Positions 44,625 through 54,811 of a stretch of DNA of 64,000 nucleotides are shown here, one piece after another (within the stretch, counting starts at the first letter, position 1; each line of letters starts with the position of its first letter). This DNA is from Phycisphaerae bacterium. Lineage in GTDB: Bacteria; Planctomycetota; Phycisphaerae; UBA1845; Fen-1342. Below the pieces are notes generated by a model. That model was not told the origin of the DNA. It ran no database searches and saw only the letters and a list, made by a program, of their open reading frames with translations. The position numbers and the translations under genes are program-made. Location of the stretch: contig JASFQK010000002.1 in NCBI GenBank assembly GCA_050115495.1, positions 128,001-192,000 on the forward strand, written 5' to 3'.

Positions 44625-47003
44625 CTAGGGGGCGGTCGGTTTCTTGCGGGGGAGTTCGCCGAGATACCAGGATGTGTAGGGCGGCAGGGGGTTGTCGGGT
44701 TTGTCGGGCGTGCGTTCGTACATCTTGTAGACGTCGGGGCTAGGGGTGTCGGTGACTGCGCCGGTGACTCCGTCGATGAGCCATGTGCGGCCTGCCTTCC
44801 CCCGTGTTGGGTCGGTGCGTTCGCTGGATGTCGGCCCGACACGGACATTCAAGTGAACGCTCTCATCGCCGTTCCGGCCGTCATCCAGTTGGACCAGGGC
44901 ATGCTTGGGTAGGGGTATGGGCGCGTAACCGTCCTGCATCGGCGGCAGTACACAGTAGTACCACACCGGGCGCAGCGGAGCCGGAGTGGTTTCTGGTGGA
45001 TCCGGTTCCTGCACGATGTACCCGCGCGTGATGAACTCCTGCACGGGCTCGATGGCGAAGACGACGACCGGGTGGGGCGGCTCGATGGGTACACTCTCGA
45101 CAAACCGATCCACGTAGAACGCTTCGCCGTTGACACCAGCAATAACCAGGCGTCGCGGCTTCGCCAGCCAGTATAGGTCGTTGACGTCTACCTCCGCCCA
45201 CGCGCGGTAGAGGAGCGTGCCGTCAAGCCGGTGCACGCAGATGGCGGCGTGGGTCACACCGGGGTGCTGGAACACGGCAACCAACTCGTCGGCCGTGCCG
45301 CCGTCCGGTTCCGGGAACACGTCTGCCAGAATGGCGTGTTTGGCCCCGAAGTCCTCTCCATGGAACCGCTGCTCCGCCGGGCGAGCCTGCCGCTCAATGA
45401 GGGAAAGCGGGACGTCGTCGTCCTTGATTCGCAGCGATTGATAGGGGCGCTCGCGGCTCCGGTTCAGATCGTAGAAGGCGAAGCAGTTCCTGTTGGCTCC
45501 CTGGGCGAGCGGCGAATAGCCGATGATGACCAGCGGACCGCCGCTCGGCGCCGCCGGCGCGGCGAGGAATTTGGCATACGCGATCGCGTCCAAGGCCCCT
45601 CCCCACCATGTGTGCAGTACAACGCCCATGGGGGTCCTGAGCTGCACGGCGTCATGGTCGCCGACAATCACGACGCGATCCGGCCGCATGGTCGTGTACC
45701 ACACGGCAATCGCGCTGGCCGCGACCGTAAGGCCGAGGATCAGCATGCACGCGGCCAACGTCGTGAGCAGCGGATGCCGCACCAGCCAGTGAACGACGCG
45801 CCGGGCTGCCGTCGGCCGGCGGGCTTCGATAGGCTCGCCGGCGAGATGCCGCCGGATGTCCTGGCCCAAGTCGGCGGCGGAGACGTAGCGGCGCGCGGGG
45901 TCCTTCTCCAACGCTCGCAGCAGGATCGCTTCGACGTCGCCACGCAGTCGCCGGTTGATCTGGCTCGGCCGACGCGGCGACGTCTCCTTGATGGCTCGGA
46001 TCGCCGCGTAGACCGTCGTGCCGGACGTGTCGTACGGCGCCGTGCCGGTGAGCAGCTCGTACACCACGACACCCAGCGAGTAGACGTCGCTCCGCGTGTC
46101 GATGTTCGCCGAGTGGCCGTCGCACTGTTCGGGGCTCATGTAGTGCACGGTGCCGATGAGATCGCCGGGACGCGTGTGCTGCGTGGTCATGACGATGTCG
46201 GCGTCCGAGGCCCGGGCGACGCCGAAGTCGATGACTTTCGGTTCGCCGTCGGCACCGACGAGGATGTTCGCCGGCTTGAGGTCGCGGTGGATGATGCCCT
46301 TCTGGTGGCCGTGGTGGACGGCGTCGCAGACCTTGGCGAACAGTTCGAGCCGCTGCCGTGTGCTGAGCTTCTCGGCGTCGGCGAACGCGATGAGCGAGCG
46401 GGCGTCGGCGATGTACTCCATCGCGAAGTACGGTACCGGCGGCCCCGGCGCGGCGGGATCCTGGTGCGTGCCGGCGTCGTAAACCTGGGCGATGTTCGGA
46501 TGTTGCAGCCGGCCCAGCACCTCCGGTTCGAGCCGAAAGCGGGCCAGGGCGGACGGCGCGCTGAACCCCGGCCATAACACCTTGAGCGCCACCGCCCGGG
46601 CCGGATGCTCCTGCCGGGCTTCGAACACACAGCCCATACCACCGTGACCGATCAGCCGCGTGATCGTGTACCGCCCGATTCGCCGGTCGATGAGGTTATC
46701 GGCCCATGCGGGGACATCGTCGTCCGCTGGCCGGAACGGCAGGGCGGGCGAGGCGAGGAAGCTGTCGGCGGCGCGGGCGTCGTGGTCCAGGAGCGACTCG
46801 ACCTCCCGCCGCAACGCCGCATCATCACCGCAGGCTTCGTCCAGCACCGCCGCTCGGTCTTCGGGCGCCGCCGCGCTGATCTGCTCGAAGACGGTCTGCA
46901 CGCGCCGCCAGAGCGGGCCGGCCTCGCCGGATGTTTGCGGCTTCTCCGCGGAAGTGCCCGGCTGTGGCGGTGGGTAGGGATCTCGGGCCCCCGGGTCGCT
47001 CAT
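44625..47003 (-). CDS. Membrane-anchored Hanks-type Ser/Thr protein kinase
   Basis: IGHGGMG.V, VALK, HRDLKPANIL, DFG, GT.HYMSPEQ and SDVYSLG; one TM helix then an extracytoplasmic domain. Confidence 0.93.
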   Translation of the reverse strand: MSDPGARDPYPPPQPGTSAEKPQTSGEAGPLWRRVQTVFEQISAAAPEDRAAVLDEACGDDAALRREVESLLDHDARAADSFLASPALPFRPADDDVPAWADNLIDRRIGRYTITRLIGHGGMGCVFEARQEHPARAVALKVLWPGFSAPSALARFRLEPEVLGRLQHPNIAQVYDAGTHQDPAAPGPPVPYFAMEYIADARSLIAFADAEKLSTRQRLELFAKVCDAVHHGHQKGIIHRDLKPANILVGADGEPKVIDFGVARASDADIVMTTQHTRPGDLIGTVHYMSPEQCDGHSANIDTRSDVYSLGVVVYELLTGTAPYDTSGTTVYAAIRAIKETSPRRPSQINRRLRGDVEAILLRALEKDPARRYVSAADLGQDIRRHLAGEPIEARRPTAARRVVHWLVRHPLLTTLAACMLILGLTVAASAIAVWYTTMRPDRVVIVGDHDAVQLRTPMGVVLHTWWGGALDAIAYAKFLAAPAAPSGGPLVIIGYSPLAQGANRNCFAFYDLNRSRERPYQSLRIKDDDVPLSLIERQARPAEQRFHGEDFGAKHAILADVFPEPDGGTADELVAVFQHPGVTHAAICVHRLDGTLLYRAWAEVDVNDLYWLAKPRRLVIAGVNGEAFYVDRFVESVPIEPPHPVVVFAIEPVQEFITRGYIVQEPDPPETTPAPLRPVWYYCVLPPMQDGYAPIPLPKHALVQLDDGRNGDESVHLNVRVGPTSSERTDPTRGKAGRTWLIDGVTGAVTDTPSPDVYKMYERTPDKPDNPLPPYTSWYLGELPRKKPTAP

Positions 47004-47045
47004 CCTCTTCTCCCGCCGGCGGGCAGCGGCGGCCCGCCCCGTGTC

Positions 47046-47609
47046 TCAGGACAACTCGCGGTGGAGCCAGGCTTTGGCGAAGCGCCATTCGCTGTCGATC
47101 TGTCGCGGCGAGACGCCGAGGACCTCCGCGGTTTCGTCGATCGTCAAGCCGCAGTAGTAGCGCAGGCGGACGATCTCAGCCTTCCGCTCGTCGTGCGCCC
47201 GCAGCTTCTCGATCGCCTCGTCGATGGCCAGCGTCGCCGCCGGGTCAATATCAAAGGCGGCGGCGGGCCCCTCGAGTTCGGCTCGCTGCCGACCGCCACC
47301 GCGTTTCTGTCTTCCACGTCTACGTGCGTCATCGACGAGGAAACAGCGCATGGCATTTGCGGCGGCGGCGAAGAAATGTCGGCGATTCGCGGGCATGCCG
47401 GCTCCATCGTGCCCCACGAGCCGCAGGTAAGCCTCCTGCACGAGCACGGTCGTCTGTAAGTCCTCCCGGCGGCCCTGCTGGGCCATGCGGGCCCGGGCAA
47501 CGCGGTGCAGCTCGTCGTACACAACGCGCCACAACCGCTCCGCCGCGGCGGCGTCACCGCTTCCGGCAGCTTTGAGCAAAGATGTAATCTGACTCCGTTG
47601 CCCGTCCAC
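47046..47609 (-). CDS. ECF sigma factor, TIGR02999-type (kinase-associated)
   Basis: ITSLL.....GD..AA..L...VY.EL..VA, LQTTVLVQEAYLRL, HFFAAAANAMR..LVD.AR.R...KRGG and WRFAKAWL..EL. Confidence 0.9.
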   Translation of the reverse strand: MDGQRSQITSLLKAAGSGDAAAAERLWRVVYDELHRVARARMAQQGRREDLQTTVLVQEAYLRLVGHDGAGMPANRRHFFAAAANAMRCFLVDDARRRGRQKRGGGRQRAELEGPAAAFDIDPAATLAIDEAIEKLRAHDERKAEIVRLRYYCGLTIDETAEVLGVSPRQIDSEWRFAKAWLHRELS

Positions 47610-47773
47610 ACCCGGCCCCTCAGCGTTCGAGCACGGCCACGCAGCGCCATCGTACCATAGTCCTTCGGCGGGCGCATTCACCTGATGCGGCGTGACGCAG
47701 AAGTCTTCAGGTTGTTGTGTGGTGCGCACCCGGGCCTCAGGTGTAGCCCGGGCCTCTGTGGAGTGGTCGGTTG

Positions 47774-49033
47774 TTAAGGGGACGTGGTGCGCCCGCGATC
47801 GCCGACGGCGTGGTCGCATTCGGGGCACACGCCGGATGTGTTGCCGCGCAGGTCGTAGCCGCATTCGGGGCAGCGGCCGCTGATGTTGCCGGTGAGGTTG
47901 TAGCCGCACTCACGGCAGACGTTCTTGTGCTTGCGCGGCAGCCATCGCCGGATGAGCGGGGCGATGGCGAACACGATCAGCGGATACACGAGCAGCAGCG
48001 CGGCGACCAGGGAATGCGGCATCGCAATCTGCCGCAGCTTCATCACGAGAGAACCGCGGAAACTGAGTTCACGCGCGAGGAGCAGTCCCCAGAGATGGGT
48101 TTCGCTACGCGCGCACACGTCTTTCAGCCATGACTCTGACGCGTCCCAACTCCCTCCAATGCCCCAGAACGTCGGGGCAGGGTCACTGGGGCACCCGCCA
48201 GTGCTCCACAAGTGGCCAAGGCTAAGCCATCCAAGGTGCGATTTCGCATATGCGTAGGTTGTAGGCGACAGGCAGAGAACGTGGCTGCCTCGCCCCGCGC
48301 CCCCGGGGCCGAGGGTGAAGCTGCGCTGGCGCAAAACGATGACGCCGAGTGCCAGCAGGATCAGCAAAACCGCGACGATCCTGTTGTTCAGGAGACGCGT
48401 GTTTCGGCCGGTGACGCGCCGTTCGGGCCGGTGCTCGTTGACCGCTGCCCCGCATTCGGGACAGCGGCCGCTGACGTTGCCGGTGAGGTTGTAGCCGCAC
48501 TCGCGGCAACGCGAGGCGTTCGACTGTGCCGGCCTGTTTCTGCCCACAAACCGAGCTAGGACGTATGCCAGCAGGACCGCGCCGGGACCGACGAAGAGCA
48601 GCGGCGCCAATTGCTCCAGCACTTCTGTTGGGGAGTAGGAGACTGCAGCAGTCTTGTGGCTGAAACTGCCCGTTGAAGCCAGGTACAGGAACTCCGTGCC
48701 ACAGAGCGTGATCGACAGGACCAGCCCGCTCAGCGCGTGCAGCCACAACTTCGGCCTGAGGAGTAGTCCGTAGAGGATGATGAACGCCACGGGCACGACC
48801 TGCGCCGCCCAGAGCGGCTGCGTGTGGTACGACCACGGGAAGAGCTGGACCGGGAACCAGTACTTCACATAGAGCGGTGGATAATTGGGGAACAGCCAGC
48901 ACGCCACCCAATCGAACACCGTCAGCAGCCGCCGGAACACGAACCACGAGCCGAGGCCGGCCGCCAAATGCACGACCGGACACAAACGGGGTTTCCAACG
49001 CCGTGTCACGACCCGCGGTGTCATTCGAATCAT
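47774..49033 (-). CDS. Multi-TM protein with three CxxCGYxLxG...CPEC zinc-ribbon motifs
   Basis: CRECGYNLTGNVSGRCPECG; CRECGYNLTGNISGRCPECGYDLRGNTSGVCPEC. Confidence 0.7.
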   Translation of the reverse strand: MIRMTPRVVTRRWKPRLCPVVHLAAGLGSWFVFRRLLTVFDWVACWLFPNYPPLYVKYWFPVQLFPWSYHTQPLWAAQVVPVAFIILYGLLLRPKLWLHALSGLVLSITLCGTEFLYLASTGSFSHKTAAVSYSPTEVLEQLAPLLFVGPGAVLLAYVLARFVGRNRPAQSNASRCRECGYNLTGNVSGRCPECGAAVNEHRPERRVTGRNTRLLNNRIVAVLLILLALGVIVLRQRSFTLGPGGAGRGSHVLCLSPTTYAYAKSHLGWLSLGHLWSTGGCPSDPAPTFWGIGGSWDASESWLKDVCARSETHLWGLLLARELSFRGSLVMKLRQIAMPHSLVAALLLVYPLIVFAIAPLIRRWLPRKHKNVCRECGYNLTGNISGRCPECGYDLRGNTSGVCPECDHAVGDRGRTTSP

Positions 49034-49042
49034 CGTTCTGGT

Positions 49043-49531
49043 CTAGTTCCGTCGACAGTCCCCGTCGACGCCCGGGTCGCCGGGTACGCGCTTCGGCGTC
49101 GGAGCGAAGTGCTCCCTGTACAGCCAGACTGCCGCCCATGTGCCGGCGATCGTCCCGAGTCCCATTGCGACGCCACACTCCTCCATGCCAATCGCGAACC
49201 TGCCCAGCAGCCACTTCGTCACGACGGCGCATCCCCCTACACACAGGAGGAACGAGCCCATGAAGTGAATGGCCGGCGCCGGGTCGGTCATGTCGAACAA
49301 GGAAGCGTTTCGGTTCGGGCGAGACCACCGGATATCCCAGTCCATCGACCGGTGCATGGCCCCCAACAACCCCGGCGCAATTGCAGACGCCAGAACGAAG
49401 TGCAGCAGCATTGCCCAGATCCCATGTCCCTCGAAGAAGTCCGGCGGCTCCAGTGGCAGTACGCCTGCTGTGGTCAGAACAGCCAGTACCGAGTACACCG
49501 TGATTAGAACCGCCCGCACCCAGAACCACAT
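49043..49531 (-). CDS. Hypothetical membrane protein (about 4 TM)
   Basis: Hydrophobic segments; SD AGGAG; tightly spaced within the operon. Confidence 0.6.
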   Translation of the reverse strand: MWFWVRAVLITVYSVLAVLTTAGVLPLEPPDFFEGHGIWAMLLHFVLASAIAPGLLGAMHRSMDWDIRWSRPNRNASLFDMTDPAPAIHFMGSFLLCVGGCAVVTKWLLGRFAIGMEECGVAMGLGTIAGTWAAVWLYREHFAPTPKRVPGDPGVDGDCRRN

Positions 49532-49537
49532 CGCCGG

Positions 49538-50530
49538 TTACTCCTGAGTCTCCGGTGGGCTAGGCGGCGACCGCCAGCAGCCATCGGTCGCGTCGCCGGG
49601 GTCGCCCGGGTTGGTACCACCGTCCTGGGCATCCCGCCACTCATCCCCGGAGTGTTCCTCCAGCGGGCTCTCCGGGCTGGCTGAGGCACGCGCGCCTGCC
49701 CACAGCAGCAAGGCCCCAATCAGCCATACACCGCCCCACCCTGCCAGTTGTGCGAAGCCCAGCCGGTTGGGCGTGAGCAGTGTGCCGCGCGTCATCACCG
49801 TGACCGGCCGCGCCGTGAACGTCTGCATGGACTGGGCCACGGCTTGCAGGTCCTTCCCGTCCGCCACCGTACAGAGCGCATCGAGCAGCTCGCGCACTTC
49901 CGCTTGAACGCGCTCATCGGCGACGGCAACACCACCCACCACACTCAGCTCGTACAGCAGAGTCCGCTCATTCATCGCTTGCAGCGCGCCATAGCCGTCC
50001 GAATCGCCTCGAGCATCGTCCTTCCGGATGACACTTGTACCCGTCGTTAATGGCCGCCCGTCCGGCAAACCGACGAATGCCAGCGATATCGCTTCGAAGT
50101 CCGTCGCCAGCGGGCGACCGTCACGCAACAGGTCAATGCGGACTGACTGGTACGCGCCCGATTTCGGCGTCAGCAGCACGGTGCGGGGCACTACCCTGGT
50201 CGCCGGCGGCGATGAGAAGCCGGGGGGCAGAACGGCATTGAGCAGCACGGCGGGCAGCGCCAGCATCAGCAGCCATGCAGCGCCGGCCTTCGCACGCCAG
50301 GCACCACGGGAGTACAGGATCGTGCCGTCCTGTTGCCAGTCGCTGCCGCATTCCGGGCAAACCGCCGAGGGCAGCATCTCCACGCGATACGAACATCGCC
50401 CGCACAACGGGACGCCGATGGACTCCCGCAGCCGCCACGTCCGCACGAGGAGCGTCACGCCGCAGGCGGACAATATGAGTGCTGCCCCGAGCGCGATGAG
50501 CGTCGATGGCGGGATCCCCATGTACATCAT
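49538..50530 (-). CDS. Membrane protein with CxxC...CPECG zinc ribbon
   Basis: CGRCSYRVEMLPSAVCPECG between TM helices. Confidence 0.65.
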   Translation of the reverse strand: MMYMGIPPSTLIALGAALILSACGVTLLVRTWRLRESIGVPLCGRCSYRVEMLPSAVCPECGSDWQQDGTILYSRGAWRAKAGAAWLLMLALPAVLLNAVLPPGFSSPPATRVVPRTVLLTPKSGAYQSVRIDLLRDGRPLATDFEAISLAFVGLPDGRPLTTGTSVIRKDDARGDSDGYGALQAMNERTLLYELSVVGGVAVADERVQAEVRELLDALCTVADGKDLQAVAQSMQTFTARPVTVMTRGTLLTPNRLGFAQLAGWGGVWLIGALLLWAGARASASPESPLEEHSGDEWRDAQDGGTNPGDPGDATDGCWRSPPSPPETQE

Positions 50531-50879
50531 TATCCCTGCGGCGAATACTCTGTCTTTCGGCGACCCCGCTCGGTGTGCACGACTGCCCTCGTCGTTTCAC
50601 GCGTCCTTAGTGATGCGGCCACGCTGGTTTCACGCGCCGCTGTCATTATACGCGGACGCGGCGGCACGCCAACGTCAGGTCCCGGCAAGCACGAGGACGT
50701 CGTCCACGCCGGGCCCGGGCATATGTACGCAGAATCCGACAAGATCCGACTTTGGCGGCGGGTGACGTGAAGGGCATAATTCCGGCGGTGTGCCACGCGG
50801 CGCGGTCGCGCGAGAGGCTGTGCCCGGTCGGTCCGGGCAAATCCCCGTTTCGTGTCTCGGGAAACTCGGGAGGCTTTGC

Positions 50880-52886
50880 ATGATGACGATGATGTGTGCG
50901 GTGCTGATCGGCGCTACGGCGCTCGTCGGATCGCAACCGCAGGACAAGCCACCTCCGCCCGCCGAGTCCCTGACGGCGGAACAGGTCGTGGCTCACTACG
51001 TGGATGCGCTCGGCGGAGCGGAGAAGCTCGCCGCCCGCAAGACGCTGCGCATGACCTGCCGCATAACCCGGGAGGGCGACCAGGAGACCGCGGAGCTGAT
51101 CCGCGAGTGGAAACGCCCGGACAAGTTCCGCGCCAGTTTCACGGTTTCGTTGGCCGGGCGGACGCTGTGCCTGGTGATCGCCTGCGACGGTAAGACCTGG
51201 TGGCACATCATGCCGGTGTTCGGCAGCGCCGAACCGCAGGAAGCGCCGGCGGAGATGGTCGAGGTCTACGACGACGAGGCCGACATCGACGACCCGCTCG
51301 CCGTCGCCGCGGCGATGGGGCACAAGGTTGAGCTGATCGGCCGCGAAGAGCTGGACGGCAAGCCGGTCTACAAGCTCAAGCTCATGCGGAAGGGGGCGGC
51401 CGAAGAGGAGTACGACGAATACTACATCGACGCCGAGTCGTGGCTGCCGGCAAAGGTCGCCGGCGCGCGGCGGGCGATGGGCGCGGTGGTGAGGTTTGAA
51501 CGGACACTCAGCGATTATCGCCGGGTGGACGGCGTGATGGTCGCCCACGTGCAGAAGACGGTGTCCGAGCCGGACAACAGCGTCCAGGAACTGCGCATCG
51601 AGAAGGTCGAAACCAACATCGACGTGTCCGACGAGCGCTTCAGCCTGGCGGCGGCGAAGAAGGCAGCGGAGGCCTCCGCCCCGACGACTGCGCCGGCAGA
51701 GTCGGCGAAAGCGGTGACCGACGAACCCGCCGCCCACGCCCTGTACGACCGTATGATCGCGGCCCTGCGCGCCGCCGACACGCTCGCCTTCGATAGCGCG
51801 TACACGTTGAAGCTCGGGGCCATGCCGGGGACGACCTGCTGGTACAAGGCATGGCTGGCCAAGCCGAACTACTTCCGCCTCGAGGCGACGCACTCGTCGG
51901 GCAAGCTCACGGGCGTGCTCGTCGGCGACGGAAGGAACTTGTGGGTCTACTGGCCGTCGGGGAGGCCGTATTTCAGCGACGGGGCGACCCCGGAGGATCA
52001 GGACACGTACGAAGCCACGCGAGACAAGGTCTACATGTCCAAGCCCACGCCGCTGGCCCACCACTCGATCGGCCACGAAGTGGCCCTGCTTGGCAGCGGC
52101 ATAATCATGAACATCCTCGACCTCAGCACGTTCCACGGCTACACCGACGGCCTCCAACCGCTGCTGGACGGCGTCGCCGGCTGCGGCACCGAGACCTTCG
52201 CCGACGAGCCGTGCGACGTGATCAAGCTGAGCTACATGGACGGTCAGCGGGCCTGGCGGCTGTGGATCTCGCAGCGCGACCACCTGCCCCGCAAGCTGAG
52301 CGAGAGGGTCCATGTCGCCCACACCATCCAGGTCGAGGAGGTCTGGTCGAACATCCGCCTGAACGAACCGATTCCCGACGAGCAGTTCGTCTGGACGCCG
52401 CCGGAAGACTGGCAATTGTGGCAGATCCCGCAGACAGAGCAGGCGTTGGTGCCTGTCGGCGAGCCGGCGCCGGACTTCGAGCTCAAGCTGGCTGAGGGTG
52501 GGACGACGAAGCTGTCGGACTATCGCGGGAAGTTCGTCTGGCTCGTGTTCTGGCGCGTGGGCTGCCCACCGTGCCGGCAGGAGACAGTGTTCCTGCAGAA
52601 GCTGCACGAGAAACACGCGGGCAAGGAGTTGGTGGTGCTGGGCTTCAACAGCGCCGATCGGCGAGACATCGCCCTCGATCTGCTGCGCAAGCAGAAGGTG
52701 ACGTTCCCCTGCGTCCTGGATTCGTCCACGGACGCAATGCAGATGTCGATGATGAAGTACCACGCCAGCGCTGTGCCAACCACGTACATCATCGACCGCG
52801 AGGGCAAGGTGCTGATGGCCTGGGTGGGCTTCTCCGACGACGACCCGCGGGCCGAGGAGGCGCTGAAAAAGATGGGGCTGGAGTAA
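50880..52886 (+). CDS. Exported fusion: two LolA/DUF2092-like domains and a TlpA/AhpC-TSA thioredoxin-like domain
   Basis: SD GGGAGG; signal peptide; WKRPDKFR and LAKPNYFRL LolA-like motifs; APDFEL...LSDYRGK...FWRVGCPPCRQE...PTTYIIDREG. Confidence 0.8.
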   Translation: MMTMMCAVLIGATALVGSQPQDKPPPPAESLTAEQVVAHYVDALGGAEKLAARKTLRMTCRITREGDQETAELIREWKRPDKFRASFTVSLAGRTLCLVIACDGKTWWHIMPVFGSAEPQEAPAEMVEVYDDEADIDDPLAVAAAMGHKVELIGREELDGKPVYKLKLMRKGAAEEEYDEYYIDAESWLPAKVAGARRAMGAVVRFERTLSDYRRVDGVMVAHVQKTVSEPDNSVQELRIEKVETNIDVSDERFSLAAAKKAAEASAPTTAPAESAKAVTDEPAAHALYDRMIAALRAADTLAFDSAYTLKLGAMPGTTCWYKAWLAKPNYFRLEATHSSGKLTGVLVGDGRNLWVYWPSGRPYFSDGATPEDQDTYEATRDKVYMSKPTPLAHHSIGHEVALLGSGIIMNILDLSTFHGYTDGLQPLLDGVAGCGTETFADEPCDVIKLSYMDGQRAWRLWISQRDHLPRKLSERVHVAHTIQVEEVWSNIRLNEPIPDEQFVWTPPEDWQLWQIPQTEQALVPVGEPAPDFELKLAEGGTTKLSDYRGKFVWLVFWRVGCPPCRQETVFLQKLHEKHAGKELVVLGFNSADRRDIALDLLRKQKVTFPCVLDSSTDAMQMSMMKYHASAVPTTYIIDREGKVLMAWVGFSDDDPRAEEALKKMGLE

Positions 52887-53180
52887 GGGGCGCGCTGCAA
52901 AGCCGGCCCGCGCGATCCAGGTCAGACGGCGCGGCAGGCCAAGGAGGCATTAGATCGCGTGGCGGACGCGAGGCCGTCAGCAGAGTCCCGTGCATCTTCA
53001 CGTGTTCTGATGGAGAGTGGACGGGACACGATCGGGCCGGGCGACGCGTGCACGCAGGCAGAAAGAAGGAGGGCGTCGCCGCCTACTCCGCGAAACAGAA
53101 CGCTCCCTCGTCCTTGCAGAAGACCAGAACGTCCCCCGTTCCTATCGGAACGCACAACCGTCGATAGAGGTACTCATCGG

Positions 53181-53636
53181 CTACTCCCGGCCGAATAGGT
53201 GGCGGAGACGGTCCCAAATGCTCCGTTTGGCGGGAGACCGAGACGTCCGTTCCGCATGCTTCGTGTGATCATTGGGCTTCACGGCGTTATGTCGGGCGTA
53301 GTGCCGCTCTCTGCACGACGAGTCACAGGCGCGCCCAAGGCGGATCTGCTCGTCAGTCCATTTTCTTGCCCAACGAACGGTGTCTCGTTTGATCCAGTAG
53401 TGGGATCGACAGGGAAAGCTCCAGTTGCCGACGGAGGGATCGAGCGAAACGGTTTCACCGTCAAAGATGAGAGTCCAGTCGGTCGGAGTCAGAGGGGTAA
53501 CCGCCTCGCGGCCGCATCCGCAGCAGCACCTGTGTACTGCGGTCGCGTATCGGACGGATACATACAAGACGCCCTCGTTCAGTTGATCCGGAATGAAGTC
53601 GACGAATTCATGTTTGAGGACGTGGACTCGCCTCAC
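53181..53636 (-). CDS. DUF6527-like protein (Cys/His-rich)
   Basis: EFV.FIP..L.EGVLYVS..Y.TA.H.CCCGCG...VTPL.P.DW, SL.PS.GNW.FPCRSHYWI; GTGA overlap with the ThiF gene. Confidence 0.75.
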   Translation of the reverse strand: MRRVHVLKHEFVDFIPDQLNEGVLYVSVRYATAVHRCCCGCGREAVTPLTPTDWTLIFDGETVSLDPSVGNWSFPCRSHYWIKRDTVRWARKWTDEQIRLGRACDSSCRERHYARHNAVKPNDHTKHAERTSRSPAKRSIWDRLRHLFGRE

Positions 53637-54811
53637 GCCTTCTCCTCATTCGTAATCGTGTTTCCGTCGATCGTATAGGTTGTGTGGTGTTCACGTTCCA
53701 GGTCGAGGTAGAACCCCCGGAGCTTCTTCCACTTGATCACTGCAAGCGAGGCGGCCAGCGAGTTGAGTTCGGCGATCTGGATGTTCGTCGAGTATGCATT
53801 GTCTCGCCCGCCGCCGAAAGGAATCCGGTATCTCTCGTGTACGTGGCCACGAAGTTCAGGTGTGCTCGTCGTGACACGCACAACGCCCAGGAGCTTCTCG
53901 TCGGGCCGTAACACTCCAAGCCCCGCGTCGATGAACGGCGTTCCACGACGTTCGACGTGGTCAATAATCGGTAGCTTCGACTCTGCGTCATCGACACAGA
54001 GAAACACGATCGACATATCGTCCAGCAGGTTCACGTTGGAATATCCTAGTCGACAATCGTGCGGTACGATGCCGCTATGAAGCGCGCCGTACTTGCCGGC
54101 GAAGTAGGCGACCTTCTTTGGCTTCGCTCTCAGGTCGTGGATGGGCGCGGCCCCAGGGGCTCTGAACGCGCTGTGGGTAAAGAAGCAGTCGTCATCGAAG
54201 AGGTGGATTGCTCGCACTGGCGTCTTGGCGACCAGATCGAGGACATATGACCCGGTCCCACCAAGACCGACTATCGCGACGCAGTCGCCCGCCACACGCT
54301 CATTGAGGTCGGCGATGCCCGCCCGGCTTGACGCCGTGTCGACGTACCGAAAGACACTGCCGTCCACGTCGCTGTTGAAGACCGGGAACGGCGTTGCTGA
54401 TGTAGTCGGATCTATGGCGACCGCCGGCGCGGAGAGGATGGCCGCATATGTAGCCATCTTCTCGTAGTGGTCCGCGTATCCGCTTGGCGGCTTACTCGAG
54501 AAGGAATGGCTGACCGTGAGGCCATCGCCGATTCTGCGTGTCTGTGATTGATGCCGGATTCTCTCCAGAGGGTGCCCCTGGTGGTCGCACGGATAGTCTC
54601 CGGCAAAGTGCACGACATGTGTGCGCGGCCGCGTGGTTCTGTCGCCTTGGAGTGTCAGCTCGGAAACGAGCGTACCATACGCTACGTGGCGGTTTCCACT
54701 AACGTAAGGAACTCGGTCAACAACCACGTGGCCCGCCCTGATTGAGACGTCGTAACCCTCGTCGCGGAGTCGTTTGAGATCGGGATTACGACTTATCAGT
54801 TGCTGTGACAT
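53633..54811 (-). CDS. ThiF/E1-like adenylyltransferase with an N-terminal DUF6791-like domain
   Basis: DLKRLRDEGY, HSFSSKP...Y.D.YEK, AIVGLGGTGSYVLDLVAKTPV..IHLFD.D, FLCVD, PFIDAG and Y.TNIQIAELN.LAA.LAVIKWKK. Confidence 0.85.
   Translation of the reverse strand: MSQQLISRNPDLKRLRDEGYDVSIRAGHVVVDRVPYVSGNRHVAYGTLVSELTLQGDRTTRPRTHVVHFAGDYPCDHQGHPLERIRHQSQTRRIGDGLTVSHSFSSKPPSGYADHYEKMATYAAILSAPAVAIDPTTSATPFPVFNSDVDGSVFRYVDTASSRAGIADLNERVAGDCVAIVGLGGTGSYVLDLVAKTPVRAIHLFDDDCFFTHSAFRAPGAAPIHDLRAKPKKVAYFAGKYGALHSGIVPHDCRLGYSNVNLLDDMSIVFLCVDDAESKLPIIDHVERRGTPFIDAGLGVLRPDEKLLGVVRVTTSTPELRGHVHERYRIPFGGGRDNAYSTNIQIAELNSLAASLAVIKWKKLRGFYLDLEREHHTTYTIDGNTITNEEKA

Noticed and set aside
47861..48508. Near-identical 57-nt repeats as a diversity-generating retroelement TR/VR pair
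   Set aside because: Too short, both in frame in one gene, differences not adenine-specific, and no reverse transcriptase in the window.
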